In this document: positions 18,666-28,241 of the stretch, one piece after another
Position numbering within the stretch: the first letter of the stretch is position 1
Layout: each line of letters starts with the position of its first letter
Assembly: GCA_021811585.1 (NCBI GenBank)
Contig: JAJZOG010000011.1
Coordinates: forward strand, 1-54,137
From: a bacterium
GTDB lineage: Bacteria; Patescibacteriota; Doudnabacteria; UBA920; VMFF01
Direction: 5' to 3'
Length of the DNA stretch: 54,137 bases
Made by a program: the position numbers and the translations under genes
Notes under the pieces: model-generated
What the model was told of the DNA's origin: nothing
The model's database searches: none
The model's input: the letters and a program-made list of their open reading frames with translations, nothing else

Positions 18666-21086
18666 TCACTGTTTGGCAACAAAATTAAGCAAGCGCCCGG
18701 GCACGAAAATTATGCGCATAATTTGCTTGCCTTCCAAATTGTTTGCGACCGCGCGGATTTTTTTGGCCTCCAGTGCGACTTGCTCTTGGCCCGCGTTTCT
18801 GGGCATCTCCAAATTCGCGCGGAATTTTCCATTTACCTGAATTACAAATTGCGCTGTCTGCATTTCAATTTTCCGCGGATCATATTGCGGCCATTTTTGT
18901 GAACTTACCAGGCCCTTGTTCCCGAGCATTTGCCACAATTCTTCGCAGATGTGCGGCGCAAACGGCGCGAGCACGATCAAAAATTTAGAAAATATTTCTT
19001 TGGAAACCTGCTTGCCTTCAATGCCGTTCAAAAATTCCATAAATGAAGACACCGCGGTATTGAATTTTCTCTCCTCTATGTTCTCCCCGATCTTTTTTAT
19101 GAGGCGACCGATGGCCGCGTCTGCCTGCATCTCCGCAGGCGCACCGGCTTTCGCGGCGGAAACCGCGGCGGCGAGCGACCAGACCCTTTCCAAAAACCTA
19201 CGAGCGCCGATAACGCCTTTGGCATTCCAGGAAACCACCTGCTCGTACGGCCCCAAAAACATTTCGTACATGCGCAGCGTATCCGCGCCATACTGCCTGA
19301 CAATATCATCGGGATTAATGACATTCCCGCGCGACTTGCTCATTTTTTCGCCGTCAGGGCCGAGAATAATCCCGTGCGGCTGGCGCTTTTTATACGGCTC
19401 TTTCACCGGGACAAGGCCGCGGTCATTCAAAAACAAATTCCAAAACCGCGAATACAGCAAATGCAAAGTGGTGTGCTCCATTCCGCCGAAATAAATGTCC
19501 ACCGGAAGCCAGTATTTCATTTTTTTCATGTCCGCGAATCTCGCTTTATCGCGCGGATCGGCATAACGCAAAAAATACCAGGAACTTCCGGCCCATTGCG
19601 GCATTGTATTGGTTTCCCTTTTTGCGCGCCCTTTGCATTTCGGGCATCTCACATTCACCCAGGAAGAAACCGCCGCAAGCGGCGATTCGCCTGTTCCGGT
19701 TGGCTGGTATTTTTTTACTTTCGGAAGGCGCACAGGCAAATCCTTTTCGGGGACAGCGACAACTCCGCACTTTTCGCAATGGATAAGCGGAATCGGCTCG
19801 CCCCAATACCGCTGGCGCGAAAAAACCCAATCACGCATTTTATATTGAATTTTTTTCCTGCCGAATTGTTCGGTGATCGCTTTGGCGCCTTGCTCGATGC
19901 TCAAGCCCGTAAAAATTCCCGAGCCCACAAGCTTGCCGTTTTCAATGGCAACGCGCGCCGGCAAATTATATTTTTTTGCAAACTGCGAATCGCGCTCATC
20001 ATGCGCGGGCACTGCCATAATCGCGCCCGTGCCGTATCCCGGCAAAACGTAATCAGCAATCCAAACCGGCAGCTTGCCCTTTGTCGCCGGATTAACCGCA
20101 AAAACGCCCTGCATCCTGACCCCGGTTTTTTCTTTTTCAATCCCGGACCTCTGCAAATCGGTTTTATTCTTTGCGGCAAAGACATAATTTTCAACTTCGC
20201 CCCAATTTCGCACGTGCGCTTTCAATTTTCCGACAAGCGCCGCCTCGGGCGCCAGAACCAGGTAAGTTGCGCCGTAAATGGTGTCCGGCCGGGTGGTAAA
20301 AACAGTTGCGGAAAGTTTTTTTGCCGATTGCGCGGCCGGCCCCTCTGAGGTTGCTCCGCGGCTCGCGCCGCCTCCTTCTATGCCGATTTCAAATTCTATT
20401 TCCGCGCCTTGGCTTCTGCCGATCCAATTCTCCTGCTGGATTTTTACCGCTTCCGGCCAATCCAAATCCTTGAGGCCGTCAAGCAATTTTTGCGCGTAAT
20501 CCGTAATCTTTAAAAACCATTGGCGCAAAAATTTCTTCTCCACAGGCGTGCCGCAGCGCTCACAGCATCCGTCAACCACTTCCTCGTTGGCAAGCCCTGT
20601 TTTATCTTTCGGGCACCAATTGATTGCGGCTTCGGCTTCATATGCCAGGCCGGCTTTGAAGAATTGCAAAAAAATCCATTGCGTCCATTTATAATAAGCA
20701 GGATCCGTGGTCTTAACTTCGCGGGACCAATCAAAACTCAGGCCCCAAGAATTAACCTGCTTTTTGGCGTTTTTGATGTTCCGCACAGTGGAGACCTGCG
20801 GCTGAATCCCCATTTTGATGGCATAATTTTCCGCGGGCAAGCCAAAAGCATCCCAGCCGAAGGGGTAAACAACTTCATTGCCGCGCGCGCGCAAATAGCG
20901 CGAAGTGATATCCCCTGCCACATACGAACGCACATGGCCCACATGCAGACCGGCGCCGGAAGGATAAGGAAATTCCACTAAAATGTATTTTTTCGCTTTT
21001 TTGGATCCGGTTTTTGCCTGAAATGTTTTTTTGGCAAGCCAGATTTTTTGCCATTTCTTTTCGATTTTTTGGGGATTGTATTTCAT
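18666..21086 (-). CDS. leuS: Leucyl-tRNA synthetase
   Basis: FPYPSGAGLHVGH, FTTRPDT, SRQRYWG, KMSKS. Confidence 0.97.
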   Translation of the reverse strand: MKYNPQKIEKKWQKIWLAKKTFQAKTGSKKAKKYILVEFPYPSGAGLHVGHVRSYVAGDITSRYLRARGNEVVYPFGWDAFGLPAENYAIKMGIQPQVSTVRNIKNAKKQVNSWGLSFDWSREVKTTDPAYYKWTQWIFLQFFKAGLAYEAEAAINWCPKDKTGLANEEVVDGCCERCGTPVEKKFLRQWFLKITDYAQKLLDGLKDLDWPEAVKIQQENWIGRSQGAEIEFEIGIEGGGASRGATSEGPAAQSAKKLSATVFTTRPDTIYGATYLVLAPEAALVGKLKAHVRNWGEVENYVFAAKNKTDLQRSGIEKEKTGVRMQGVFAVNPATKGKLPVWIADYVLPGYGTGAIMAVPAHDERDSQFAKKYNLPARVAIENGKLVGSGIFTGLSIEQGAKAITEQFGRKKIQYKMRDWVFSRQRYWGEPIPLIHCEKCGVVAVPEKDLPVRLPKVKKYQPTGTGESPLAAVSSWVNVRCPKCKGRAKRETNTMPQWAGSSWYFLRYADPRDKARFADMKKMKYWLPVDIYFGGMEHTTLHLLYSRFWNLFLNDRGLVPVKEPYKKRQPHGIILGPDGEKMSKSRGNVINPDDIVRQYGADTLRMYEMFLGPYEQVVSWNAKGVIGARRFLERVWSLAAAVSAAKAGAPAEMQADAAIGRLIKKIGENIEERKFNTAVSSFMEFLNGIEGKQVSKEIFSKFLIVLAPFAPHICEELWQMLGNKGLVSSQKWPQYDPRKIEMQTAQFVIQVNGKFRANLEMPRNAGQEQVALEAKKIRAVANNLEGKQIMRIIFVPGRLLNFVAKQ

Positions 21087-21090
21087 GGAG

Positions 21091-21185
21091 GTTGGTAGGT
21101 AGTAGTTGGTAGTTAGTAGTTGGTAGTTAATAGGTGGTAGTTAGTAGTTAGTAGGTGTAGATGGTAGTTAGTAGTTGGTAGTTGA
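21091..21185. repeat. Degenerate heptamer tandem array (TAGTTGG/TAGTTAG/TAGGTGG)
   Basis: About 13 units between tatD and leuS; flanked by ATGGAGGT at 21085-21092 and 21188-21195. Confidence 0.9.
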
Positions 21186-21230
21186 CAATGGAGGTGGCGT
21201 TGGCGAGGTGGTTGGTAGCGCGGCCTGGCC

Positions 21231-22052
21231 TTAGCTGTTTGCTAAAAATAATTTTTTTGCATTCTCAAATGTTTGGTCCGCAATCTCTGCGAGCGTTGCG
21301 CCGCGAATTTCCGCAATTTTCTCGGCAACGTGCTTTACGAAAACCGGCTCGTTGCGCTTGCCGCGGTGCGGAACAGGCGCAAGATACGGCGCGTCCGTCT
21401 CCAATACAAATTTATCTTCCGGGCAAAGCGCAACCGCTTTCGCCGAATTTCCGGTCTTATCGAAAGTAATTATACCATTGAAGGCAATATGCGCGCCAAG
21501 CGCCAAAAACTCCTCGCAGACGCACGGGCTGGCGGTAAAACTGTGGACCAAAATTTTTTTTGCAGCGCCATTTTTTAAAATTTTTAACGCCTCCGTATAA
21601 GCATCTTCGGTGTCCTTGCTCGCGCGGCAATGCACAATCAACACCTTGCCCGAAGCGTTCGCAAGTTCAATGTGCTTTTTGAAAACCTCTACCTGTTTCT
21701 GCCGCACATCTTCCAAATTCATACCGGCTGGAATCCGATAATAATCCAAGCCGCATTCGCCGATGCCGACAACTTTTTCTTCGCGCGCCAAGCCGGCGAA
21801 GAAATCGTAATCAAATTCTTCCCTGCGCCCGTCCGCATCACTGCCGGAAACAAATCCCGGATGCAACCCCACTGTGGCATAAACCCCTTCGCCGTGTTCG
21901 CGCGCAATGAGGACATTCTCGCTGCTGTCTGCTTTGTTCGTGCCGATATTATTAAACCAAACGCCCTCGCTTTCGGCGCGGGCAATTACTTTTTCGTATT
22001 CGTCGCCGTATTCCGGCGAATTCACATGCGCGTGGGTGTCGTAAAATTTCAT
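21231..22052 (-). CDS. tatD: TatD family DNase
   Basis: DTHAH, GLHP, IGECGLDY, VHCR, LETDAPYLAP. Confidence 0.95.
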   Translation of the reverse strand: MKFYDTHAHVNSPEYGDEYEKVIARAESEGVWFNNIGTNKADSSENVLIAREHGEGVYATVGLHPGFVSGSDADGRREEFDYDFFAGLAREEKVVGIGECGLDYYRIPAGMNLEDVRQKQVEVFKKHIELANASGKVLIVHCRASKDTEDAYTEALKILKNGAAKKILVHSFTASPCVCEEFLALGAHIAFNGIITFDKTGNSAKAVALCPEDKFVLETDAPYLAPVPHRGKRNEPVFVKHVAEKIAEIRGATLAEIADQTFENAKKLFLANS

Positions 22053-23536
22053 TCAATCCTCGGAAATAAATCGTTTATTTTCCCTATTTTCCCGCTTTCA
22101 AAGGTTTTGCGCATGCGCTCGGCCGTGTGCGGCAAAAACGGAGCAAGCTTATGGGCAACAGCCAGGATGTGCGCCGACAAAAGCGATAAAATCTCCCGCG
22201 TTTTTTTTAAATCGGTTTTCGCCAGAACCCACGGTTTGGCGCCGTCTATGTATTGATTCGCCCAAGCAATGCTTTCCCAAATTTTTGCAAGCGCCTCGTG
22301 AAAACGCAATTCTTCTATAAGTGCGCCAACCTCTTGCAGCGGCGACAAAGCGCTTTCCGGCAGATCCGATTCGCGCAAAATTTCAGGCACCTGCCCGTCG
22401 CAATATTTTTCAATCATGTTTGTTGTCCGCGAAACCAAATTGCCAAGCCCGTTTGCCAGATCGCCTTCATAACGCGCGAGCAATTTCTCCTCCGAGACGT
22501 CGCCGTCCTGCCCCCACGGCACTTCGCGCATCAAAAGATAACGCACCGCATCCGCGCCGTATTTTAAAACCCAGCCGTTCGGGTCAATGACATTTCCCAA
22601 ACTCTTGCTCATTTTTTCTCCGTTGACGGTAAACATGCCGTGCACGACAACCTCTTTCGGAAGTTCCATGCCGGCTGCAAGCAGCATTGCCGGCCAGATT
22701 ATGCAATGGAATTTTACAATGTCCGCGCCGATTACGTGCACATCCGCAGGCCAATATCTCTCAAATTCGCCGCGGTCCAAAACAAATCCCGCGCCGCTGA
22801 GATAATTTATCAAGGCGTCAATCCAAACATAAACCGTCTGCTCCGGATCCCACGGCGCCGGTATTGCCCACTTGACGTTCGGGCGCGTTACGGAAACATC
22901 GGTAAAGCCCTGCTCAAGCCAGCTTAAAATTTCATTGCGCTTCTGCTCCGGCCAAATCTTAAGCCCGCCGCTTACGGCGCCTTCACCGTTTTCATCACCC
23001 TCGCTTCGTTCAATGCGCTTTTTTATATCGCCCGTAAAAGCCGAAACCTCAAAAAACCAGTTTTTTTCTTTGACAACTTCCGGCTTGGTTTTGTGGTCCG
23101 GACACACGCCGTTCACCAATTCTTTTTCGGTTATAAACGCCTCGTGTCCCACGCAATACAATCCCGTATATTCGCCTTCGTATAAATAGCCGTTATCTTT
23201 TATTTTTTGCAAAATTTCTCCCACGGTTTTTACGTGGTCTTCATCGGTCGTGCGGATAAACCTGCTTGGCGAAATTTCCAAATTCTGCCATGTTTTTTGG
23301 AATTTCGCCGCAATTTCATCAGTGAATTCCTGCGGCGCCTTACCGGCTTTTTCCGCGGCAGCCGCGATTTTTGCGCCGTGCTCGTCCGTGCCTGTGAGAA
23401 AAAAAACGTCCTCGCCGCGAAGCTTGTGCCAGCGCGCCAAAACATCGGCCGCGACTTTCTCGTAAGCGTGCCCGATATGCGGATTGCCGTTGGTATAATC
23501 AATGGCAGTGGTGATGTAAAATTTTTTCGTTTCCAT
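22049..23536 (-). CDS. metG: Methionyl-tRNA synthetase (short form)
   Basis: YITTAIDY..G.PHIGH, GTDEHG, YVWIDAL, KMSKS. Confidence 0.96.
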   Translation of the reverse strand: METKKFYITTAIDYTNGNPHIGHAYEKVAADVLARWHKLRGEDVFFLTGTDEHGAKIAAAAEKAGKAPQEFTDEIAAKFQKTWQNLEISPSRFIRTTDEDHVKTVGEILQKIKDNGYLYEGEYTGLYCVGHEAFITEKELVNGVCPDHKTKPEVVKEKNWFFEVSAFTGDIKKRIERSEGDENGEGAVSGGLKIWPEQKRNEILSWLEQGFTDVSVTRPNVKWAIPAPWDPEQTVYVWIDALINYLSGAGFVLDRGEFERYWPADVHVIGADIVKFHCIIWPAMLLAAGMELPKEVVVHGMFTVNGEKMSKSLGNVIDPNGWVLKYGADAVRYLLMREVPWGQDGDVSEEKLLARYEGDLANGLGNLVSRTTNMIEKYCDGQVPEILRESDLPESALSPLQEVGALIEELRFHEALAKIWESIAWANQYIDGAKPWVLAKTDLKKTREILSLLSAHILAVAHKLAPFLPHTAERMRKTFESGKIGKINDLFPRIE

Positions 23537-23545
23537 AAATTTTCG

Positions 23546-24583
23546 CTAAGCGCCGAGTTCTTTCTCCGAGCCCAAAACCTTATATTCCTTCAATATCACG
23601 GTTGCCGCGGCGGCAATAGGCACTGCCAAAAAGACCCCGAAAATTCCGGCAACCTTAAGGCCGATTAAAACCGCAACCAAAATTATAAGCGGAGAAACGC
23701 CGACTGTCCGATGCATAATTTTGGGAACCAAAACATATCCTTCTGTCTTTTGGATGGCAACATATAAAATAAGCACCGCGATTGCCAAAGGAGGATTTTG
23801 CGCATAAGCCATTATTAACGCGGGTATTGCCGAAATAATCGGGCCTATAAAAGGCACGAGCTCCAAAAATCCGGCTATAATTGCCAAAACCAGCGCGTAT
23901 TTTACGCCGAGCAGAAAAAGCCCGAGCCAAACCAAGCCAAAAACAACAGCCGAAAGGATCAGCTGGCCTATCATCCAGTACCCTATTTTGCGCTGAATTT
24001 TTATAGTCAAATTTAAAGCAAGCTCCTGGCGCTTTGCAGGCACAAACGAGAGAATAAAATTTTTCATGCCGTTGCGTTCGGCGACCAAATAAAAAGAAAC
24101 TACAAGTATGGTGATTATTTCAATCACCCCGTTAAAAACGCCTATGGTTTTTTGCAAAAAACTCCCAGACGCGCTGGTTACCTGATGCAAAAAAGATTGA
24201 AAGCTATACGCAACCAAAGAAAGGAAATTAACTCCTAAAAATGTGCCTTTCTGGAAGGCCTGCGAATTTTGCCGGCTTAGGGCGCCGGCATAATGCGAAT
24301 TAATTTGCTTAAATTCTCTGAGCAGCGGCGGGAAAATCAGATAGCCCATTAAAACCGCGATACCGATGGCAAGAATGTAAACGGAAAGCACGCTCACCGC
24401 GCGCGGCACTTTTCTCTTATCCAAAAAATCCACGAACGGTTCCAAGCCAGAAGCAATAATTACGGAAATTAAAAGGAGCAAAACAATATCGCGGATAACC
24501 CACAGCAAAAAGAGCACCAATGCGGTGCCGGCAATTTTTAAAATGGAAGCGCTTGAAATATTGTGTTCGATTTTTTCGGGCAT
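23546..24583 (-). CDS. AI-2E family transporter
   Basis: Multi-TM; LELVPFIGP, EGYVLVPKIM...VGVSP. Confidence 0.9.
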   Translation of the reverse strand: MPEKIEHNISSASILKIAGTALVLFLLWVIRDIVLLLLISVIIASGLEPFVDFLDKRKVPRAVSVLSVYILAIGIAVLMGYLIFPPLLREFKQINSHYAGALSRQNSQAFQKGTFLGVNFLSLVAYSFQSFLHQVTSASGSFLQKTIGVFNGVIEIITILVVSFYLVAERNGMKNFILSFVPAKRQELALNLTIKIQRKIGYWMIGQLILSAVVFGLVWLGLFLLGVKYALVLAIIAGFLELVPFIGPIISAIPALIMAYAQNPPLAIAVLILYVAIQKTEGYVLVPKIMHRTVGVSPLIILVAVLIGLKVAGIFGVFLAVPIAAAATVILKEYKVLGSEKELGA

Positions 24584-24596
24584 GGATTTTTCGGAA

Positions 24597-25457
24597 TCAA
24601 GAAGCTGCCTCCCGGATCCCTTTTAATTTCGCTATGTCTGCCATAACTTTATCATGTTCGGTCTCCAAAATCAAAGGCATTTCCGCGCCGTTTGCACTCT
24701 CCAAGCGCGCCATGAATTTTAAAAATTCCAGAAACCCGCCCTCGCCGATGAGGCCCTCGCCAATGTGGCTGTGCCTGTCTTTTTTGCCGCCAAGCTCTAT
24801 TTTGGAATCGTTGACATGCGACATGCGCAAATATTTCAAGCCGATCTCGCCATCAAATTCGGCAAAAGTTTTATGCGCGCCTTCAGTTGTATTTATGGCA
24901 TAGCCGGAAGCGAAGGCGTGCTGGGTATCAAAACAAATTCCGCCGAATCCTTTGCATTTAATTAAATGTTTTGAAATCGCACCGAGATTTTTAAAATTGG
25001 AACCGATTACCGCCCCCGCGCCGGCTGCGATTTCCAAAAGAAATTCCGTTTTGCCGCTGTAGCCATCCAATGCTTTTTGCAGGCCTTCGACAACCTGCCC
25101 AAACCCTTTTTCTTCGCCGATTTCCCTGTATGTGCCCAAGTGCGTCATCATAAAGCGCGCGCCGAGAAGATTGGCGCGTTCCAGCTCTTCTTTAATTATT
25201 GAAATTGAGCCGTGATATGTGCGGGGATTTGCGCTGCCAAAATTTATAAAATAAGGGGCGTGCACGACGAATTGCGAAAAACCGCAGCGCTGCATTTCGG
25301 CGTTGAAATCCGCGATCTGCTGCTGCGAAATTTTAGGCGCAGGCCCGCCCTGCGGCGAACGCGTAAAAATTTGGAATGTCTCGCAGCCCAGTTCCAAGGC
25401 GCGCGCAGGGGCGTTTTCCGCTCCTCCGGCAATGGAAACGTGGCAGCCAATCTTCAT
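24597..25457 (-). CDS. nfo: Endonuclease IV
   Basis: IGCHVSIAGG, HAPYFIN, CFDTQHAFASGY, HVNDS...DRH.HIGEG, ILET. Confidence 0.95.
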   Translation of the reverse strand: MKIGCHVSIAGGAENAPARALELGCETFQIFTRSPQGGPAPKISQQQIADFNAEMQRCGFSQFVVHAPYFINFGSANPRTYHGSISIIKEELERANLLGARFMMTHLGTYREIGEEKGFGQVVEGLQKALDGYSGKTEFLLEIAAGAGAVIGSNFKNLGAISKHLIKCKGFGGICFDTQHAFASGYAINTTEGAHKTFAEFDGEIGLKYLRMSHVNDSKIELGGKKDRHSHIGEGLIGEGGFLEFLKFMARLESANGAEMPLILETEHDKVMADIAKLKGIREAAS

Positions 25458-26722
25458 ATGACCAAAGTTCGCTTAAATGCCGCTTTGTCTTTGAACGGCC
25501 CTATGGCCGCCAAATTCAGCCGATCGTTTTTGAAAAGCCGGTTGCTGACGCGCAAAATATCCTCGGCCGTAATCGTATCGTAGCGGGCGTAAACTTCTTT
25601 CGGCAGTGCCGTCTCGCCGTAAAAGGCGAAACGTTCCATCAGCCATTCCAATTTATCGTGGCTGTCTTCCAGAAAAAGCGCGGTGCGGCCCTTAATGAAT
25701 TCTTTGGCGCGCGAAAGCTCTTCCTGTGGAATTTTTTCACTCTTCAGCCGCCGGATTTCATCCATTATGGCGCCCAGCGCCTGCAAAGAATTTTCGATCT
25801 TAAGGCCCGCGTGGATTGTAAAGTTGCCGGCATCCATATAACGATTATTGTAGGCGCTCACGAAATACGCCAAGCCGCGCTTTTCGCGGATTTCCACAAA
25901 GAGGCGCGAGCTCGATCCGCCTCCCAGGATGCTGCCTATCAAACTTGCCGCCTGGCTGTCCGGATCAGTATAATCAAAACCCTTGAAGCCGATGGCAAAA
26001 TGCGCCTGCCTGGTGTCCTTAAAAGTAATCTCAAGTTCCGGCGCTTTCTGGACCTCCAAATTTTTTTCCGAAAGCGGCGCGCGCGCGGACGGCAGCCGCC
26101 CCCAGGAATCCGCGATCTTCCGCATTAATTTTTTTTCGTCAAACACGCCCGAGAAGCCGAGAATTATGTTCGCGGGAACGTAATGCCTTTTTTTAAAATC
26201 CAAAATTCGCGCGCGCGTAAAACCGCGCACAGTTTCTTTCGTGCCCAGGACAGACCTGCCCAAAACCCCCTGAGGCCACATGATTTTTTCCAAATCATCT
26301 TCCACCTGCGCGCCGGGATTATCCTGGTACATGTTTATTTCCTCAATGACCACGCCTTTTTCCTTTTCAATTTCTTCCTTTGCCAGCAAAGGATTTAAAA
26401 GCATGTCGGTTGTAATTTCGAAAATAAAATCAGCGTGTTTTTTTGCGGCGCGAATGTAAAATTCCGTGCTCTCTTTGGAAGTGAGCGCGTTAAAATCCCC
26501 GCCGATTGCGTCGATGGCGGTGAAAATATCGGTTGGGCGCGGGTATTTTTTGCTGCCTTTGTAAAAAAGATGTTCCAGGAAATGCGCAATGCCCATGGAT
26601 TTTTGATTCTCATTCCTGGTGCCTGCTTTCACAAAGACGTTAAAAACAACCGATTCCGAATCAGGTATCGGCAAAGAGAAAACATTCAAGCCGTTTTTTA
26701 GAGTGCGGTGAGAAAACTGCAT
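25454..26722 (-). CDS. M16 (pitrilysin) family Zn peptidase
   Basis: HFLEH (HxxEH), NALTS, EKGVVIEEI, SSRLFVEIREKRGLAY. Confidence 0.95.
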   Translation of the reverse strand: MQFSHRTLKNGLNVFSLPIPDSESVVFNVFVKAGTRNENQKSMGIAHFLEHLFYKGSKKYPRPTDIFTAIDAIGGDFNALTSKESTEFYIRAAKKHADFIFEITTDMLLNPLLAKEEIEKEKGVVIEEINMYQDNPGAQVEDDLEKIMWPQGVLGRSVLGTKETVRGFTRARILDFKKRHYVPANIILGFSGVFDEKKLMRKIADSWGRLPSARAPLSEKNLEVQKAPELEITFKDTRQAHFAIGFKGFDYTDPDSQAASLIGSILGGGSSSRLFVEIREKRGLAYFVSAYNNRYMDAGNFTIHAGLKIENSLQALGAIMDEIRRLKSEKIPQEELSRAKEFIKGRTALFLEDSHDKLEWLMERFAFYGETALPKEVYARYDTITAEDILRVSNRLFKNDRLNLAAIGPFKDKAAFKRTLVI

Positions 26723-26780
26723 GCTTTTAATTTATTAACCTCCATTTAATATCTCGAAACCGGCGCACAGCGGTTTTTGT

Positions 26781-28178
26781 TTAACTGCCCAATTTCCCCT
26801 CAAAATATTTTACCAACCCCGTTATATTAACCCTTTCCTGCTGCATGGTGTCGCGGTCGCGCACAGTGACATCGCCTTTTTCCAGGCCTTCAAAATCCAC
26901 AGTCACGCAATAGGGAGTGCCTATTTCGTCCTGCGCATAATAGCGTTTCCCTATGTTGCCGCGGTCATCCCAGGCAACCATAAAATTCTTGCTCAAAAGC
27001 CCGTAAATTTCCTTGGCTTTTTCAACCAAAGCCGGCTTGTTTGCCAAGAGCGGAAACACCGCCGCTTTATACGGCGCGAGAGCGGGCTTAAGCTTAAGCA
27101 CGATGCGGCCATTTTCTTCGGCATAAGCATCAAGCATAACCATTGCCATCAGGCGGTTGATGCCGACCGCCGGCTCAATGACATGGGGCACGAATTTGCG
27201 GCCCGAGAGAGGATCTGTGTAGGAAAGGTCGACTCCGGAAAATTTCATGTGCTGGGTCAAATCATAATCCGTCCTGTACGCCAAACCCCAAAGCTCTTTG
27301 AAGCCGAACGGGAATTTATATTCCAAATCCTCGGTACGCTTGCTGTAAAAGCTGCGCTCTTCATCGCCGTGCTCGCGCCAGCGGAGATTTTCCGCGCGCA
27401 CGCCCAGCCGGCCCGTAACAAATTTCCAAAGCTCGCCTTTCCATTCTTCAAATAACTTTTGCCAATCGCTTGCCTCCGGATCAAAAAAATATTCTATTTC
27501 GCCCTGCTCGAATTCCAGGGTGCGGTAAATAAAATTGCCTTTTGTGATTTCATTGCGAAAGCTCTTGCCTATCTGGCCGACGCCAAACGGCAGGCGCAGG
27601 CGCGTGGAATCCAAAATATTTTTAAAAGCCACGAAAATGCCTTGCGCGGTTTCTCCGCGAAGGTATGCTTTTGACTGGTTCTCCGGCACAATGCCTATAT
27701 TGGTTTCGAAAAGCAGGTTGAATTTGCGCACAGGAGTCCATTCGCGCTTGCCGCAAACAGGGCATGGAATTTTATTTTCACGGATAATTTTATCCAATTC
27801 CTCAACCGACTTTCCTTCAACGCTTGCCTTCTCCCCTTTTGCCTCGAAAAAATTTTCAATAAGATGGTCGGCGCGGGTGCGATTTTTGCAGTGCCTGCAA
27901 TCAATCATGGCATCGGCGAGATTGGCCGTGTGCCCGGATGCTTCCCAAACCTTGGGATGCAGAATTATGGAAGAATCCAAGCCAACCATATCCTGGCGCG
28001 CGCGCACAAAAGTATTCCACCAGGCGTTTTGGATATTGCGCTTAAGCTCCACGCCCGCCGGGCCGTACTCGTAAGAATTCGCCAGGCCGCCGTAAATTTC
28101 ACTTCCGAGGAAAACAAAGCCGCGCCTTTTCGCCAGCGAAGTGATTTTTTCCATGAGGTTGTTTTCTTTTTCCGCCAT
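26781..28178 (-). CDS. glyQS: Glycyl-tRNA synthetase (homodimeric, eukaryote/archaea type)
   Basis: LAKRRGF, YLRGETAQGIF, QIGKSFRNEI, PHVIEP, IGKRYYAQDEIGTP. Confidence 0.96.
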   Translation of the reverse strand: MAEKENNLMEKITSLAKRRGFVFLGSEIYGGLANSYEYGPAGVELKRNIQNAWWNTFVRARQDMVGLDSSIILHPKVWEASGHTANLADAMIDCRHCKNRTRADHLIENFFEAKGEKASVEGKSVEELDKIIRENKIPCPVCGKREWTPVRKFNLLFETNIGIVPENQSKAYLRGETAQGIFVAFKNILDSTRLRLPFGVGQIGKSFRNEITKGNFIYRTLEFEQGEIEYFFDPEASDWQKLFEEWKGELWKFVTGRLGVRAENLRWREHGDEERSFYSKRTEDLEYKFPFGFKELWGLAYRTDYDLTQHMKFSGVDLSYTDPLSGRKFVPHVIEPAVGINRLMAMVMLDAYAEENGRIVLKLKPALAPYKAAVFPLLANKPALVEKAKEIYGLLSKNFMVAWDDRGNIGKRYYAQDEIGTPYCVTVDFEGLEKGDVTVRDRDTMQQERVNITGLVKYFEGKLGS

Positions 28179-28241
28179 ACTTTAAAAATTATACTTTATC
28201 CCCGGCGCTCGCGCAATTTGCGGCGGGCAGCCGGATGGGTT

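Noticed and set aside
17294-26128. Long plus-strand ORFs (17294..18418, 19374..20348, 25376..26128)
   Set aside because: Antisense shadows of glyA, leuS and the M16 peptidase with no recognisable motifs.
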